DNA of 59,749 nucleotides from Thainema sp. (GTDB lineage: Bacteria > Cyanobacteriota > Cyanobacteriia > Phormidesmidales > Phormidesmidaceae): the NCBI GenBank assembly GCA_052168235.1, contig JBQLZK010000048.1, positions 1 to 59,749 on the forward strand, given 5' to 3'. Position numbers and translations under genes: made by a program. The notes under the pieces are model-generated. The model did no database searches, was not told the DNA's origin, and saw nothing but the letters and a program-made list of their open reading frames with translations. This document shows, piece by piece, positions 20,437-31,383 of the stretch (position 1 is the stretch's first letter; each line of letters opens with the position of its first letter).

Positions 20437-22965
20437 ATGGAACCTGGATTAACCAGCTCACATCGCATCGTTCTGCCTGTTGCATCTGTTGCAGCCGTCT
20501 ACTGCACAGTTCCTGCTGTACAGGTATTGCAGCCGTCTATTGCCCCCAGTTATTGCGTAAGTTTGGTGACTGAAACTCGTCCCGATCCGACTCCAGTTCG
20601 CACTCCTCTGTTAACTAACACGGTTACCCAAAAAGTTTCGAAACCGTGGTGGTCACGCTTTTCTTTTGGGCAGGTGACAGTGGCCATGATTGGCGGCTGG
20701 ACATTGCTGGCAACCTATGCAACCGGGTTCAACATTGGCTTGGCTCAACTGTTGGAACGGCAGGTGCACACTCTTTTTTTCAATGTGCGGGGAGTCGTCG
20801 AACCACCCAGCGATATCGTCATTCTGGCGATTGATGAAGAATCCCTGGGACAGGAGCAGTTTTATGCGGCTGATCCAGAGGGGCAGGCGGACTTAGCGCC
20901 AATTGCCGCTTGGCCGTGGCAGCGCACCGCCTATGCACGTGTGATTGAGCGGTTGATGGAGGCGGAGGCATCTGCGATCGCACTTGACATCATTCTGGAT
21001 ACGCCCAGTACCTATGGTGAGGCTGACGATGCCCAACTGACGCAGACGCTAGAACGCTACGGCGATCGCGTGGTGTTAGCAGCAGACTTAGTGGGGGATG
21101 ATAATTTATTAAGCCAGTTTGGTGAAGTAGAGAGTTCGTCTCCTACGTCTGGCGTCAAGACTCAGGTGGGGCTGGTTTCACCACAAGAACCGTGGCGATC
21201 TCTGGCTCATAATGGTCTGCTCGACACACCAGTGGAAGTTGATGGACGGATTCACCAACTGGGACAGATTGCGATCGCACGGTTCGCGCTGCGCAATCCA
21301 GCCTCCTACGAAGCACTGCAGGACGCGACTACAATTCCAGACACGTTTGCGGCAGCAACGCTCGCAGCCGCCCAGCGAGAGCATGAACCGCCGACGGGAA
21401 CCAGTATCTTCTTTTACGGAGGGCGTAACACGTTTACCTACGTCCCCTTCTGGATGGCACTGGATCCAAAAGCGTGGCAGGACGAAAGCCAGTTGCGGGA
21501 AATCTTTGCCGACAAAATTGTGCTGGTGGGCGCGACGGCTCCCAGCCTACAGGATATTCACGATACGCCCTTCGGCCCCATGCCGGGGGTGGAAGTGCAG
21601 GCCAATGCGATCGCAACTTTGATGGACAATCGCTCGATTGGGGCTGCCCTACCCGCAGTTTGGCTAGAGGGACTGCTGGTACTCGTAACCCTGTCTGGGT
21701 TTGGCTATGGGATTGTGCGATCGCGCCAGCCGCTGTATCAGTTTGGCTGGACGTTTGGAGCCTGTGTGCTGTGGTATGCCGTGGGCTACGGCGTATTTGT
21801 TCTAGGTTCGCTGACGCTGCCCGTGGCGGTTCCTTCAACTGCGATCGCACTCATTGGCATCTCCCACATCACGATCAGCGCCATTCGCGAGCAGATTCGC
21901 AAGCAGCAGCTGCGTCAAACCCTGAAGCAGTACGCCGCTCTGCCCATCGTGCAGGAAATTATCAGTCAGCAGGACGATCTGCGGGACTTGCTGCTGGAAC
22001 GAGAAGCCGCCATCTTTGGCAAAATCCTGGGCGGACGGTATCGAGTTGTCAAGGTATTGGGAACCGGAGGCTTCAGCGAAACCTATATTGCCGAAGATAC
22101 TCAGCGCCCCAGCAATCCCCCCTGCGTGGTCAAACGGCTGCGGCTGATGAGCGACCAGCCCAACATGCTGAAGCTGATGCGACGGCTATTTATCGTGGAA
22201 GCCGAGAGCCTGGAACGACTGGGGCAGCACAGCCAGATTCCCCAGCTTTTGGCTTACTTTGAGGAAGACCAGGAATTTTATCTGGTGCAGGAACTGATTG
22301 TTGGTCGATCGCTGCATGGTGAACTGGCGCTCCGGGGTGTTTTGCCGCCCGAAAGCGCCGTGCAGATTCTGGTCGATCTTCTGCCCGTTGTAGAATTCGT
22401 CCACAATCAGCAGGTCATCCACCGCGATATCAAACCTGTGAACATTATTCGCCGGGGGGCTGATGCCAAGCTGGTGCTAATTGACTTCGGTATTGCCAAG
22501 CGGATTTCTCATCAGGTAGCCGAATCTGACCCCACTACCAAATTCACCATCGGTCTAGGCACCAAAGGCTATATGCCCAGCGAACAGGCTGCTGGCATGC
22601 CCCAGTTCAACAGCGACCTATATGCCCTCGGCATGACGGTGATTGAGGCGCTGACTGGACTGCGCCCCAGCCAACTGCCGCTGGATAATATGGGCAATTC
22701 TCGTTGGGAAGACCAGGTGCCTACTATTAGTCCTGAATTCAAAGCGCTGCTGAATAAGATGGTGCACTACAATTTTGCCCAGCGCTATCAGACCGTGCGC
22801 GATGTGATGGCCGCTTTAGAAACGCTACCTGAACTGTTGCAGTCAGCTATGCCAGCCACTCTCCTTGCTGATAGTGGCGTAATGAACATCCAGGACATCA
22901 TAGAGAACTCCGATCAGGATCTAGAGGAGGCCAGTTCTGAAACTCAGATTTGGGACGAAGAATAA
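20437..22965 (+). CDS. CHASE2-domain Ser/Thr kinase
   Basis: CHASE2 (IVILAIDE...WPWQR...MPGVEVQAN), three TMs, kinase domain (HRDIKPVN, DFG); true start may be GTG 20566. Confidence 0.88.
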   Translation: MEPGLTSSHRIVLPVASVAAVYCTVPAVQVLQPSIAPSYCVSLVTETRPDPTPVRTPLLTNTVTQKVSKPWWSRFSFGQVTVAMIGGWTLLATYATGFNIGLAQLLERQVHTLFFNVRGVVEPPSDIVILAIDEESLGQEQFYAADPEGQADLAPIAAWPWQRTAYARVIERLMEAEASAIALDIILDTPSTYGEADDAQLTQTLERYGDRVVLAADLVGDDNLLSQFGEVESSSPTSGVKTQVGLVSPQEPWRSLAHNGLLDTPVEVDGRIHQLGQIAIARFALRNPASYEALQDATTIPDTFAAATLAAAQREHEPPTGTSIFFYGGRNTFTYVPFWMALDPKAWQDESQLREIFADKIVLVGATAPSLQDIHDTPFGPMPGVEVQANAIATLMDNRSIGAALPAVWLEGLLVLVTLSGFGYGIVRSRQPLYQFGWTFGACVLWYAVGYGVFVLGSLTLPVAVPSTAIALIGISHITISAIREQIRKQQLRQTLKQYAALPIVQEIISQQDDLRDLLLEREAAIFGKILGGRYRVVKVLGTGGFSETYIAEDTQRPSNPPCVVKRLRLMSDQPNMLKLMRRLFIVEAESLERLGQHSQIPQLLAYFEEDQEFYLVQELIVGRSLHGELALRGVLPPESAVQILVDLLPVVEFVHNQQVIHRDIKPVNIIRRGADAKLVLIDFGIAKRISHQVAESDPTTKFTIGLGTKGYMPSEQAAGMPQFNSDLYALGMTVIEALTGLRPSQLPLDNMGNSRWEDQVPTISPEFKALLNKMVHYNFAQRYQTVRDVMAALETLPELLQSAMPATLLADSGVMNIQDIIENSDQDLEEASSETQIWDEE

Positions 22966-23221
22966 AGCGGGTTTGCTGGGCAATATTGAAATAATTCTAG
23001 AAACCTACTTAGAATCATGGCGGGCGAGAAAATTTAGCGTCTGATCCCCAATCCAGCTGTGAAGAATCAGAGTAATTGTTTGTGAGCGGGTGCGTTCAGC
23101 GCACTATTCATTAACAGCTCATCAACAGCCAAAACTGATTTCGTCGGCGGATTGCAGATGACTCGCCATTGCCGTAAGCTTTGCGGCAGTGGCTATAGTG
23201 CGACATATCTTGGGCTAGGGC

Positions 23222-24634
23222 GTGGCGTTAACCGATAACAACGATTCACCAACAGCAGCACAATCCACCATTTCGCGGCGAGAACTGCGAGAACTGGTGC
23301 GATCGCAACTGCAAGCGCTGCTGGAACAGCAAAATCTCCAGGGAGCCAAAGCGCTCTTGGGGCCAGTTCAGCCTGCCGATATTGCCGAGGCCATTGAGGG
23401 ACTCCCCGAAGCCATGCAGGCCATCGCCTTTCGGCTACTGCCCAAAACCGAAGCAATTGAAGTTTACGAACATCTCGAATCCAGCGTCCAGCAAACTCTG
23501 GTTGAAGAATTTAAGCGCCAGGACGTGATCGACATCGTCGATAAGATGTCGCCGGATGACCGAGCGCGCCTGTTTGATGAGCTACCTGCTAAGGTGGTGC
23601 GGCGGCTGCTCCAGCACCTCAGCCCGGAAGAACGCCGCGCCACCAACCTGCTGCTCGGGTATGAACCCGACACGGCAGGGCGGATCATGACGCCGGAGTA
23701 TGTCTCCCTGAAGGAGAACTGGACGGTCGGCCAAGCGCTGGACTATATCCGCACCAAAGCGGGCGTCAGTGAGACCATTTACTACCTCTACGTCACAGAT
23801 GCGGCCCGACAGCTGACAGGCATCTTGTCCCTGCGCGCCCTCGTCACCGCCCAACCGGAACAGTTCATCGGCCAGATCATGACCCGCGAAGTGGTATCGC
23901 TGCGTACTGATGCTGACCAGGAAGAAGCAGCCCGCATGATTCAGCGCTACGACTTTCTGGCCGTGCCCGTGGTGGATACGGAGCAGCGGCTAGTGGGGAT
24001 CATTACTGTTGATGACGTGATTGACATCCTGGAAGAGGAAACCACAGAAGATATCTATACCCTGGGCGGCGTCCAGTCCGGCGGAGATAATTATTTTCAA
24101 ACCAACCTGCTGACCGTGGCCCGCAAGCGGGTGGTGTGGCTGTGTGTCCTGCTGCTGACTAATACCGTCACGACTGCTGTGATTCGCAGCCAGCAGAGCA
24201 TTATTGAGCAGGTAGCCGTGCTGGCCGCCTTCATTCCCCTGCTGATTGGTACGGGCGGCAACGTGGGCGCGCAGTCGTCTACCGTCGTGATTCGCGGCTT
24301 GAATACCGATGAAATCCAAACCGATAAAGCCGGACGCACAATTATGCGGGAAGCGATCGCAGGTGCGTTTCTGGGACTCATGCTCAGCGTGATCGTCACC
24401 ATCTGGGCGTATTTCCTCCAGGGCAACTTAGCCGTGGCGCTGACGGTCGGCATTAGCTTAATCGGCATTTCGGTACTCGCCTCCACCGCTGGTTCAGCAC
24501 TACCCTTTCTTTTCCAGACGCTGAAGCTCGATCCGGCACTGATGTCTGCTCCCTTTATCACCACAGCTGTAGACGTGCTGGGCGTGTTGATCTACCTCAG
24601 CTTGGCCCGACTAATTTTGCGAATTAGTGCCTAA
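23222..24634 (+). CDS. mgtE: Magnesium transporter MgtE
   Basis: N-domain, CBS pair (TAGRIMTPEY), TM domain GTGGNVGAQ...DPA...DV. Confidence 0.95.
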   Translation: MALTDNNDSPTAAQSTISRRELRELVRSQLQALLEQQNLQGAKALLGPVQPADIAEAIEGLPEAMQAIAFRLLPKTEAIEVYEHLESSVQQTLVEEFKRQDVIDIVDKMSPDDRARLFDELPAKVVRRLLQHLSPEERRATNLLLGYEPDTAGRIMTPEYVSLKENWTVGQALDYIRTKAGVSETIYYLYVTDAARQLTGILSLRALVTAQPEQFIGQIMTREVVSLRTDADQEEAARMIQRYDFLAVPVVDTEQRLVGIITVDDVIDILEEETTEDIYTLGGVQSGGDNYFQTNLLTVARKRVVWLCVLLLTNTVTTAVIRSQQSIIEQVAVLAAFIPLLIGTGGNVGAQSSTVVIRGLNTDEIQTDKAGRTIMREAIAGAFLGLMLSVIVTIWAYFLQGNLAVALTVGISLIGISVLASTAGSALPFLFQTLKLDPALMSAPFITTAVDVLGVLIYLSLARLILRISA

Positions 24635-24736
24635 TATGAAATCCGTGTATGGGAACCCTGTTTATTTTTTGTGAAATGCTCGCTTAGCGAGCATTTCACA
24701 AAAAATAAACAATGGGTTTTCAACCGGATTTCATAT
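24634..24736 (-). mobile_element. MITE-like element, shell family 1, copy C
   Basis: Perfect 12-bp terminal IR ATATGAAATCCG/CGGATTTCATAT; 25-bp perfect arms at 24659-24683 and 24687-24711, apex GC-TTA-GC; begins in the mgtE stop codon. Confidence 0.72.
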
Positions 24737-24753
24737 AAATTTCGAATCTGCAC

Positions 24754-24791
24754 CAAAAGAAAGGCTCTGCGATCGCAGAGCCTTTCTTTTG
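24754..24791. terminator. 38-bp perfect palindrome centred on HIP1, likely bidirectional terminator
   Basis: CAAAAGAAAGGCTCTGCGA|TCGCAGAGCCTTTCTTTTG between convergent mgtE and nfuA. Confidence 0.7.
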
Positions 24792-24813
24792 ACTGTTCAG
24801 TTACTTCGACAAT

Positions 24814-25056
24814 TTATACAACCTGTTCAACTTCCGCAATTTCTGGAATGAACTCACGCAGACGGCGCTCAATGCCCATGCGTAGCGTCATCGTCGAGCT
24901 GGGGCAAGAACCGCAAGCTCCCTGTAGCCGTAGGCGAACAACAGGCCCATCAAGCTCTACGAGTTCGACGTTACCACCATCAGCCATGAGATAGGGACGA
25001 AGCTCGTCCAAAACCTTCTCAACGTTCTCCGCTGTCAATGCCATTGTTGTAGTCAT
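24814..25056 (-). CDS. nfuA: NifU C-terminal/Nfu Fe-S scaffold protein
   Basis: [13 protein letters not shown]...[11 protein letters not shown] (CxxC). Confidence 0.9.
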   Translation of the reverse strand: MTTTMALTAENVEKVLDELRPYLMADGGNVELVELDGPVVRLRLQGACGSCPSSTMTLRMGIERRLREFIPEIAEVEQVV

Positions 25057-25176
25057 GGTTGATTCCCTTGTTGTATAGCGCTAGTTTTCATTCTAAGAGA
25101 CAGACCCGACAGTTGCGGTTGGAATTCGTTACGGATATCTATAGAGGTTGTAGAGGCGTAGAGGTTGCGATCGCGA

Positions 25177-25225
25177 GGTGGATGGATGGGTGGATGGGTA
25201 GATGAGTGGATGGAGTAGATGAGTG
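25177..25225 (+). repeat. Second GGATGGGT-like tandem octamer tract
   Basis: GGTGGATGGATGGGTGGATGGGTAGATGAGTGGATGGAGTAGATGAGTG, same unit as 2089-2124. Confidence 0.75.
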
Positions 25226-25232
25226 AAGTGGT

Positions 25233-26372
25233 TTATGCGACTAGGGAGTGACAGAGTTGGTCTTCTAGGGCTTGTTCTTGAACGTAAATGGACTCGATCG
25301 CTTGCTGAATGATGGGTTCGACCTGCTGAGTCGTTTCATACTGCTGAATCCATTGCTGGGCTTCGTTACCCTGGCGCAGTACGCGCTTGAGCGGCAGCAG
25401 GAAGCAGCTAATGCCGTTGGCCTTGGCGGTATCCCACACTTCGTCATAGAGCGACTGTATCCACTCTTTGGCGATCACTGAACGGCCATCCTGCCAGTGG
25501 CGTAGTTCGGCATCTAAGCTGTTTTTGGCAGCGGCCATTTCATTGTCATCGGTTAGTTTAATCAGCTCATCATGGGAGAGTTGGCCAGCCACCAGCGGAT
25601 CGAGATTGGGATTTTGCAGCAGTTGAAGAATTCGAGCTTCTAGTAGAGCAGTTACGGCCAGTAAGATCACCGGATCGCTTACCAAGTCACAGATTCGTAA
25701 CTCTAACCGATTGAGCTGATAGGGTCTGCGATCGCCATTGGGGCGCACCGATGTCCAGAGGTGACGCACGTTTTGCATGCCGCCGGATGCCAGTTGCTCC
25801 TCGACCCACTGAATATGATGGGCGTGGCTTTCAAAAAGCGGCACATAGGCTGGCGTTTTTGGGAAGACGGCCCAGCGGGTGGAGTGATTACCCGTGAATT
25901 GCCTATCTAAAAACGGCGATGAGGCAGTCAGCGCTAAGAACAGTGGCGCTTCAAGCCGCACCAGCCGACAGGCACGAATTAAATCCTCATGGTTGGCAAT
26001 GCCAATATTGATGTGAATACTGGCGGTGACCACCTTTGTGCCGTAGGTTTGCTCAATATAGGCGTGGTAGGGATTATTGGGGTCAGAGCGATAGAAGTGC
26101 TGGCTGTCGCCCAGAGAGAGGGTGCTACCTGGAATGAGGGTATAGTCGCCGAGCTGTTTCAAGTAGGTTCTTAGCTTCTGACGGGGTCGCACCAGTTCAC
26201 ACAGCAACCGCTCATAGCGGCAGGAGGGTGCAGTGGTGTACTCCACGTTGCGGCTGTCAGGTTCTCGGACAAAACCGTTGAGATTGGCCACAATTTTGTC
26301 GGACAGGCCGACAATTTGCCCTTGGGGGGTGCCAGTGTACATCTCAACTTCGAAACCTTTGGATAACAGCAC
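25233..26372 (-). CDS. gshA: Glutamate--cysteine ligase, cyanobacterial type
   Basis: KGFEVEMYTG, REPDSRNVEY, TASIHINIG, HLWTSVRPNG, RLELRICD. Confidence 0.9.
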   Translation of the reverse strand: MLLSKGFEVEMYTGTPQGQIVGLSDKIVANLNGFVREPDSRNVEYTTAPSCRYERLLCELVRPRQKLRTYLKQLGDYTLIPGSTLSLGDSQHFYRSDPNNPYHAYIEQTYGTKVVTASIHINIGIANHEDLIRACRLVRLEAPLFLALTASSPFLDRQFTGNHSTRWAVFPKTPAYVPLFESHAHHIQWVEEQLASGGMQNVRHLWTSVRPNGDRRPYQLNRLELRICDLVSDPVILLAVTALLEARILQLLQNPNLDPLVAGQLSHDELIKLTDDNEMAAAKNSLDAELRHWQDGRSVIAKEWIQSLYDEVWDTAKANGISCFLLPLKRVLRQGNEAQQWIQQYETTQQVEPIIQQAIESIYVQEQALEDQLCHSLVA

Positions 26373-26776
26373 AGCTTTGCCTCAATAAATGGAAATGGAA
26401 ATGGAAAAGGGGGTTGGGCGGCGTTGATGGCGAAAATAACCGAATTCGCAAATCACGCCAGTTGTATTTTCTTATGAAAATGCTAGCAATTCTTGTATTT
26501 CATCGAACGAGATGCTTGAGCGGTATCTTATCTTTTCTAATCCTTTTCCACAGGATAGGTATCTTATCTTTCATCTCCTGCCCCTGATCAGAACGATCAG
26601 ATCAGAATCAACATCCCAACTGGAAGGAGCGATCGCAGCCAGGTTGACAACGGCAAAATGCAGTCAGTGCTCCAGTTGCTTTTCCAGATCTTGCAGTTGA
26701 AGCTGAGCGACTTTTGCCAACCTGACGCATTGAGCGCCAAGACAAGCTTACCAACGCCAATTTCTCACTCTTTAAT

Positions 26777-26866
26777 TAGACCTTATCGGAAATTGTTTTG
26801 TAGCGCGGCGGAGCCGCGCTACAAAACAATTTCCAACCCCAAAAACTTTATTTCCAATAAAGTCTA
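26777..26866. mobile_element. 90-bp MITE-like element, shell family 2, copy 1
   Basis: Ends TAGACCTTATCGGAAAT and ATTTCCAATAAAGTCTA; 22-bp perfect arms around GC-GGA-GC; near-identical copy at 46504-46593. Confidence 0.82.
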
Positions 26867-27151
26867 TTGAGATTGCGCCTGGTTTGCCATTAGCAAATCG
26901 CGATAGCATTCCACAAAATTGGGTTCTTCGAGCATGGCCGACATGCAGGCCATATCGCCTTGGTAGTTCTGATTAATCTGCTGTGCCTTGGCTTGGAGGT
27001 GGGGCGGTACATATCTCAAATCGACTGGCAAGCCGTGATAGAGCAAAAACTCGGCCAGTTGCTCATGGTGGATATAAATGCCTTCATCATGTAAGCGCTG
27101 CAAAATGTTGGTAAATGTAGGCCAGTCGCGAGACTGGTGCGGTGAAGTCAT
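26864..27151 (-). CDS. Hypothetical protein (95 aa)
   Basis: ATG-started ORF of plausible composition; its stop codon lies in the end of the adjacent element. Confidence 0.6.
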   Translation of the reverse strand: MTSPHQSRDWPTFTNILQRLHDEGIYIHHEQLAEFLLYHGLPVDLRYVPPHLQAKAQQINQNYQGDMACMSAMLEEPNFVECYRDLLMANQAQSQ

Positions 27152-27285
27152 AGATTTAAGTGCAGACCTGCTGCAATCGGTGATAGTTTCTATTTAATCT
27201 CTTTTAGCATTGAAAAATATCTATCGATAACCTAGCATTTCTGCACAAACGAGTAGAAATACTTAAGCAAAATGGCCAATTTGTC

Positions 27286-28449
27286 TTAGTATGTTTGAAC
27301 TTGACGTAGAGACTGAATCGTTGCGATCGCGCTTTCTGCTACGGTATCAATCTCTTCTGGCGTTGTAAAACGACCGATCCCCAATCGAATGGACGCATAG
27401 GCTAGCTCTTTGGATCGTCCCAATGCCGTCAGCACATGGGACGGCTCCATTGAGGCCGAACTACAGGCGGAACCGGATGAGACGGCTACGATGGGCTGTA
27501 GTCCCAGCAGTAATGCCTGTCCGTCTACGCCAGCGACGCTGACGTTGAGATTTCCCGGTAGCCGCTGTGTGGGATGCCCATTCAGGTAGATTCCTTCGAG
27601 TTGACTCAGGGATTGCCACAGCCGATCGCGGAGCTGCTGCTGGCGCTGTCCTTCGGTTGCCATTTCGGCCAGCGCGAGTTCCACCGCTTTAGCAAAACCG
27701 ACAATCTGCGGCGTGTAAAGCGTTCCCGATCGCAGTCCCCATTCTTGACCGCCTCCGTGCAGTTGAGGGGCCAGCTGCACTCTAGGACGGCGACGCCGGA
27801 CGTAGAGCGCACCAATCCCTTTCGGCCCGTAGATCTTATGTGCCGTAAGCGACATCAGATCAATCTGCATGGCTTCCACGTTGAGCGGAATTTTGCCCAG
27901 GGCTTGAGCGGCATCGGTATGGAAAAGAATATTGCGATCGCGGCAGATTTGGCCAATTTCGGCCAGCGGCTGCAAAACGCCAATCTCGTTGTTGGCCGCC
28001 ATGACGGAGACGAGAATCGTATCGTCCCGCAGCGCTTTCTCAAGCGTATCGAGATCGAGTAAACCATCCGGTTGCACGTCTAGATAAGTTACCTCAAAGC
28101 CTAGTGACTCTAGATAGCGACAGGGATCGAGTACGGCGCTATGCTCGGTTTTGACCGTGACGATATGCCGCCCCTGCGAGAAATAGGCTTCCGCGACGCC
28201 TTTAATTGCTAAGTTATCAGCTTCAGTCGCGCCGCTAGTGAAGATAATTTCTTCAGGTTCCGCATTGATAGCAGATGAGATCGCAGCACGCGCCTGTTTC
28301 ACGGCGGCTTCTGCTTCCCAGCCATACTGATGCACCAGGCTGGAGGGATTACCAAAATGCTCTGTGAAATAAGGCAGCATTGTTTCTAGAACAACGGGAT
28401 CGACGGGCGTTGTCGCGTTGTAATCAAGATAAATGGGTCGATGCGCCAT
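27286..28449 (-). CDS. iscS: Cysteine desulfurase (IscS/NifS group I)
   Basis: YLDYNATTP, FTSGATE, HTDAAQ, AHKIYGPKG, SSGSACS. Confidence 0.92.
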   Translation of the reverse strand: MAHRPIYLDYNATTPVDPVVLETMLPYFTEHFGNPSSLVHQYGWEAEAAVKQARAAISSAINAEPEEIIFTSGATEADNLAIKGVAEAYFSQGRHIVTVKTEHSAVLDPCRYLESLGFEVTYLDVQPDGLLDLDTLEKALRDDTILVSVMAANNEIGVLQPLAEIGQICRDRNILFHTDAAQALGKIPLNVEAMQIDLMSLTAHKIYGPKGIGALYVRRRRPRVQLAPQLHGGGQEWGLRSGTLYTPQIVGFAKAVELALAEMATEGQRQQQLRDRLWQSLSQLEGIYLNGHPTQRLPGNLNVSVAGVDGQALLLGLQPIVAVSSGSACSSASMEPSHVLTALGRSKELAYASIRLGIGRFTTPEEIDTVAESAIATIQSLRQVQTY

Positions 28450-28548
28450 TTAGAATTCGCCCCTATACCTTGCCCCTACACCTTTATGTTATCGGCATAC
28501 TAATTTTGTTGACGTAGAGGCGAGCGCCGTTCACCCTTAACCCATTGC

Positions 28549-29493
28549 TTACATGCGGCGAATATTCATACAGCACCATTCGCCACGTCGCCAGAGCGTG
28601 GCCACCGTCCAGCCATTCTGCTCCAGCACATTGGCCACATCGGAAGCTTGCTCCAGCAAAATACCGCTGAGAATGCCCCAGGTAGACGGTTTTGAAATTT
28701 CGACCAGTTGAGGAATCAGCTTGACAATCACCTCGGCCAGAATATTGCAGACAATGCCATCGGCAGGAGACGGCATATTTTGAATCAGTTGATCAATGCT
28801 GCCGGGATAAATGGTGATTTGCTCGTCCGTCATCTGGTTGAGTTCGCGGTTTTCTCCCGCCGCTTTCACCGCCAGGGGATCAACATCTACGGCATAGGCT
28901 CGCTTCGCCCCCAGCAAGACTGCCCCAATGGACAAAATGCCAGAACCACAGCCAATATCTGCAATGACGATATTATCCGGATCAGTATCCTTATCTGGCT
29001 CAGCACCCATGCCAAAATCAGTCAGCGTCTGGATGCTCTCCAATCGCATCTCTAGCGATTCTAGACAAAGCTGAGTTGTCTCGTGGGTGCCTGTGCCAAA
29101 CGCGACTCCCGGATCGAGCTTCAGAATTAGTCGATCCGTTTTTTCGGGGAGGGGAATCCAGGCCGGATTAACTAAAATGCGATCGCCAATTTCTTGAGCG
29201 TGCCAGTGGGTTTTCCAACTGCTGGACCAGTCTTCTTCGTCAATCAAATTCCACTGCATGGCGGGCACGGGCAGTTCGGCACAGAGAGCGTCTTGGCGTA
29301 ATTTCAGCGCTAAGGCGGCTAAGTCCAAAAGCTGCGCCTGTATCTGGGGCAAATAGGCCCGCACAAGCTGAGTATGCGCCCCTTTCTTTTCGCTGGCTGC
29401 CCCGTGACAGCCAAACTCATCCAGCCGCCAAAAGACTAACTCTTCCGCCGACTCATGGCATAAAACTTGAATTTCCCACCAGCTATTTGCCAA
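28549..29493 (-). CDS. prmA: Ribosomal protein L11 methyltransferase
   Basis: [28 protein letters not shown]. Confidence 0.93.
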   Translation of the reverse strand: MANSWWEIQVLCHESAEELVFWRLDEFGCHGAASEKKGAHTQLVRAYLPQIQAQLLDLAALALKLRQDALCAELPVPAMQWNLIDEEDWSSSWKTHWHAQEIGDRILVNPAWIPLPEKTDRLILKLDPGVAFGTGTHETTQLCLESLEMRLESIQTLTDFGMGAEPDKDTDPDNIVIADIGCGSGILSIGAVLLGAKRAYAVDVDPLAVKAAGENRELNQMTDEQITIYPGSIDQLIQNMPSPADGIVCNILAEVIVKLIPQLVEISKPSTWGILSGILLEQASDVANVLEQNGWTVATLWRRGEWCCMNIRRM

Positions 29494-29523
29494 CGCTCAC
29501 GTCCTATACGGCTCACCCTTGTC

Positions 29524-29625
29524 GTCCGAAGTCCAGTTAAAAACCCGATGATTTATTTTTATGAAAGCTTAGCTTAGCCAAGCTTTCATAAAAATAAATC
29601 GGGTTCTTATACACGGACTGGATAT
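29524..29625 (+). mobile_element. MITE-like element, shell family 1, copy B
   Basis: CGAAGTCCAGTTAAAAACCC ... GGGTTCTTATACACGGACTGGATAT; 21-bp perfect arms at 29550-29570 and 29580-29600. Confidence 0.7.
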
Positions 29626-29706
29626 CACTTCCAACAGGTTAGTACCAATCGGAGATCTCAACACATTTGGTAAAGGCAGATGTTATGTCTCAACACCGGG
29701 TCGGGT

Positions 29707-29772
29707 TAGGGGCAGGTTACGTCGGCCAGTTTAGGCTCAACCATTAACGTGAACGTCTAAACCTGCCCCTAC
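29707..29772. repeat. REP-like inverted pair with spacer
   Basis: TAGGGGCAGGTT ... AACCTGCCCCTAC downstream of serA. Confidence 0.7.
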
Positions 29773-29802
29773 AGTCCCTTTACCTCATGCTAGAGTGCCT
29801 TC

Positions 29803-31383
29803 CTAGAGCGTTACCGTGTAGGCATCCCGAATACCGGGCACCTTGGTAATCTCAGCCAGAATGCCTTCGGGTAGGGGATCATCAATGGTGAGCACCATGA
29901 CCGCATCGCCGCGAACGATCTTGCGACCGACCTGCATACTGGCGATATTGACATTGAAGCTGCCGAGCAGTGAGCCAATCTTGCCGATGATGCCGGGCAT
30001 ATCGCGGTGCAGCGTAAACAGCATGTACTTGTTCGGCGGCACGTTGACCGGGAACTCGTCTACGTCTGTGACGCGAATTTCGTCATCACCGAGTAGTGCT
30101 CCAGTAACGGAGTGGGTACCCAGGGAACCCTTCACTTCCAAGTGCAGCGATCCGGTGTAGTCCCTCACGTTGGGATCGCGAGTTTCGGTGACGCGGATGC
30201 CGCGTTCTTGGGCTTCTAAGCTGGCGTTAACATAGTTGACCCGCTCTTGCAGCGCGTGAGACAGCAAACCCTTTAGCGCGGCAACAACGACAGGCTGGCT
30301 GTCTTTGGTCGCCAAGTCTCCTTGGAGGCGAATATTGAGCGATTCAATCCGGCCACCGCCGAGCTGACCCACCAGGTTACCCAAGGTTTCAGCCAGTTGG
30401 AGATAAGGCCGCATTTTCTCCAAAATGTCGGGCCGCAGACCGGGAATATTGACCGCAGAACGAGCGGGTAATCCGAGTAAGACATCGCGAATCTGCTCGG
30501 CTACATCAATGGCAACGTTGACCTGAGCTTCCTCAGTGGACGCACCTAAGTGGGGCGTCAGGATGATTTCTTTATTCAGCGATCGCAGATTGGATTCACC
30601 CAGCGGTTCCTCTTCGTACACGTCCAGTGCCGCACCCGCAATCTGGCCGTCCTTCAGTGCTTCGACCAGCGCATTTTCGTCGATGATGCCGCCCCGCGCA
30701 CAGTTGATAATCCGAGCCGTCGGCTTCATCTGAGCAAACATGTCGGCGTTGAACAGATGATAGGTTTCCGTCGTTTTCGGGATATGCAGCGTGATGTAGT
30801 CGGATTCCTGCACCAGCACATTCATTTCGACTAGGCGGCAACCGAGCTGCTCTGCCCGTTCGGTCGAGATAAACGGATCATAGGCCAGGATCTTCATCCC
30901 CATTGCCTTAGCCACAGTGGCAACGTGGGAGCCGATCTTACCCAGACCAACGACACCCAACGTTTTCTTGTAGACTTCAACACCTGTATATTTCTTGCGA
31001 TCCCAGTTGCCTGCTTTGACAGACTGATTGGCTTCTGGAATATGGCGGGAGAGCGACAGCATCATCGCCAGTGCATGTTCTGCTGCGGCAATGGTGTTGC
31101 CCTCTGGGGAGTTGACGACCACAATCCCCTTGCGCGTCGCAGCAGGCACATCGACGTTATCCACGCCAACTCCCGCTCGACCAATAATCTTCAGTTGGGT
31201 GCCCGCTTCAATCACCTCACCGGTGACGCGGGTTCCAGAGCGAATCATTAAGGCATCGTACTCTGGAATAATGCGAACCAATTCTTCGGGGGGAAGCCCT
31301 GTTTTGATATCAACCTGAGCAACCTGATTGAGAATCTCAATTCCGGCTTGGTCAATCGAATCCGAGACGAGAACCTTTGGCAT
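29803..31383 (-). CDS. serA: D-3-phosphoglycerate dehydrogenase
   Basis: GRAGVGVDN, GLGKIG, NCARGG, TPHLGAST, C-terminal ACT domain. Confidence 0.95.
   Translation of the reverse strand: MPKVLVSDSIDQAGIEILNQVAQVDIKTGLPPEELVRIIPEYDALMIRSGTRVTGEVIEAGTQLKIIGRAGVGVDNVDVPAATRKGIVVVNSPEGNTIAAAEHALAMMLSLSRHIPEANQSVKAGNWDRKKYTGVEVYKKTLGVVGLGKIGSHVATVAKAMGMKILAYDPFISTERAEQLGCRLVEMNVLVQESDYITLHIPKTTETYHLFNADMFAQMKPTARIINCARGGIIDENALVEALKDGQIAGAALDVYEEEPLGESNLRSLNKEIILTPHLGASTEEAQVNVAIDVAEQIRDVLLGLPARSAVNIPGLRPDILEKMRPYLQLAETLGNLVGQLGGGRIESLNIRLQGDLATKDSQPVVVAALKGLLSHALQERVNYVNASLEAQERGIRVTETRDPNVRDYTGSLHLEVKGSLGTHSVTGALLGDDEIRVTDVDEFPVNVPPNKYMLFTLHRDMPGIIGKIGSLLGSFNVNIASMQVGRKIVRGDAVMVLTIDDPLPEGILAEITKVPGIRDAYTVTL

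Noticed and set aside
21474..22262. 262-aa alternative-frame ORF and the many other antisense or overlapping ORFs in the track
   Set aside because: They lie within well-supported genes, have atypical composition and no motifs, so they are treated as shadow ORFs.
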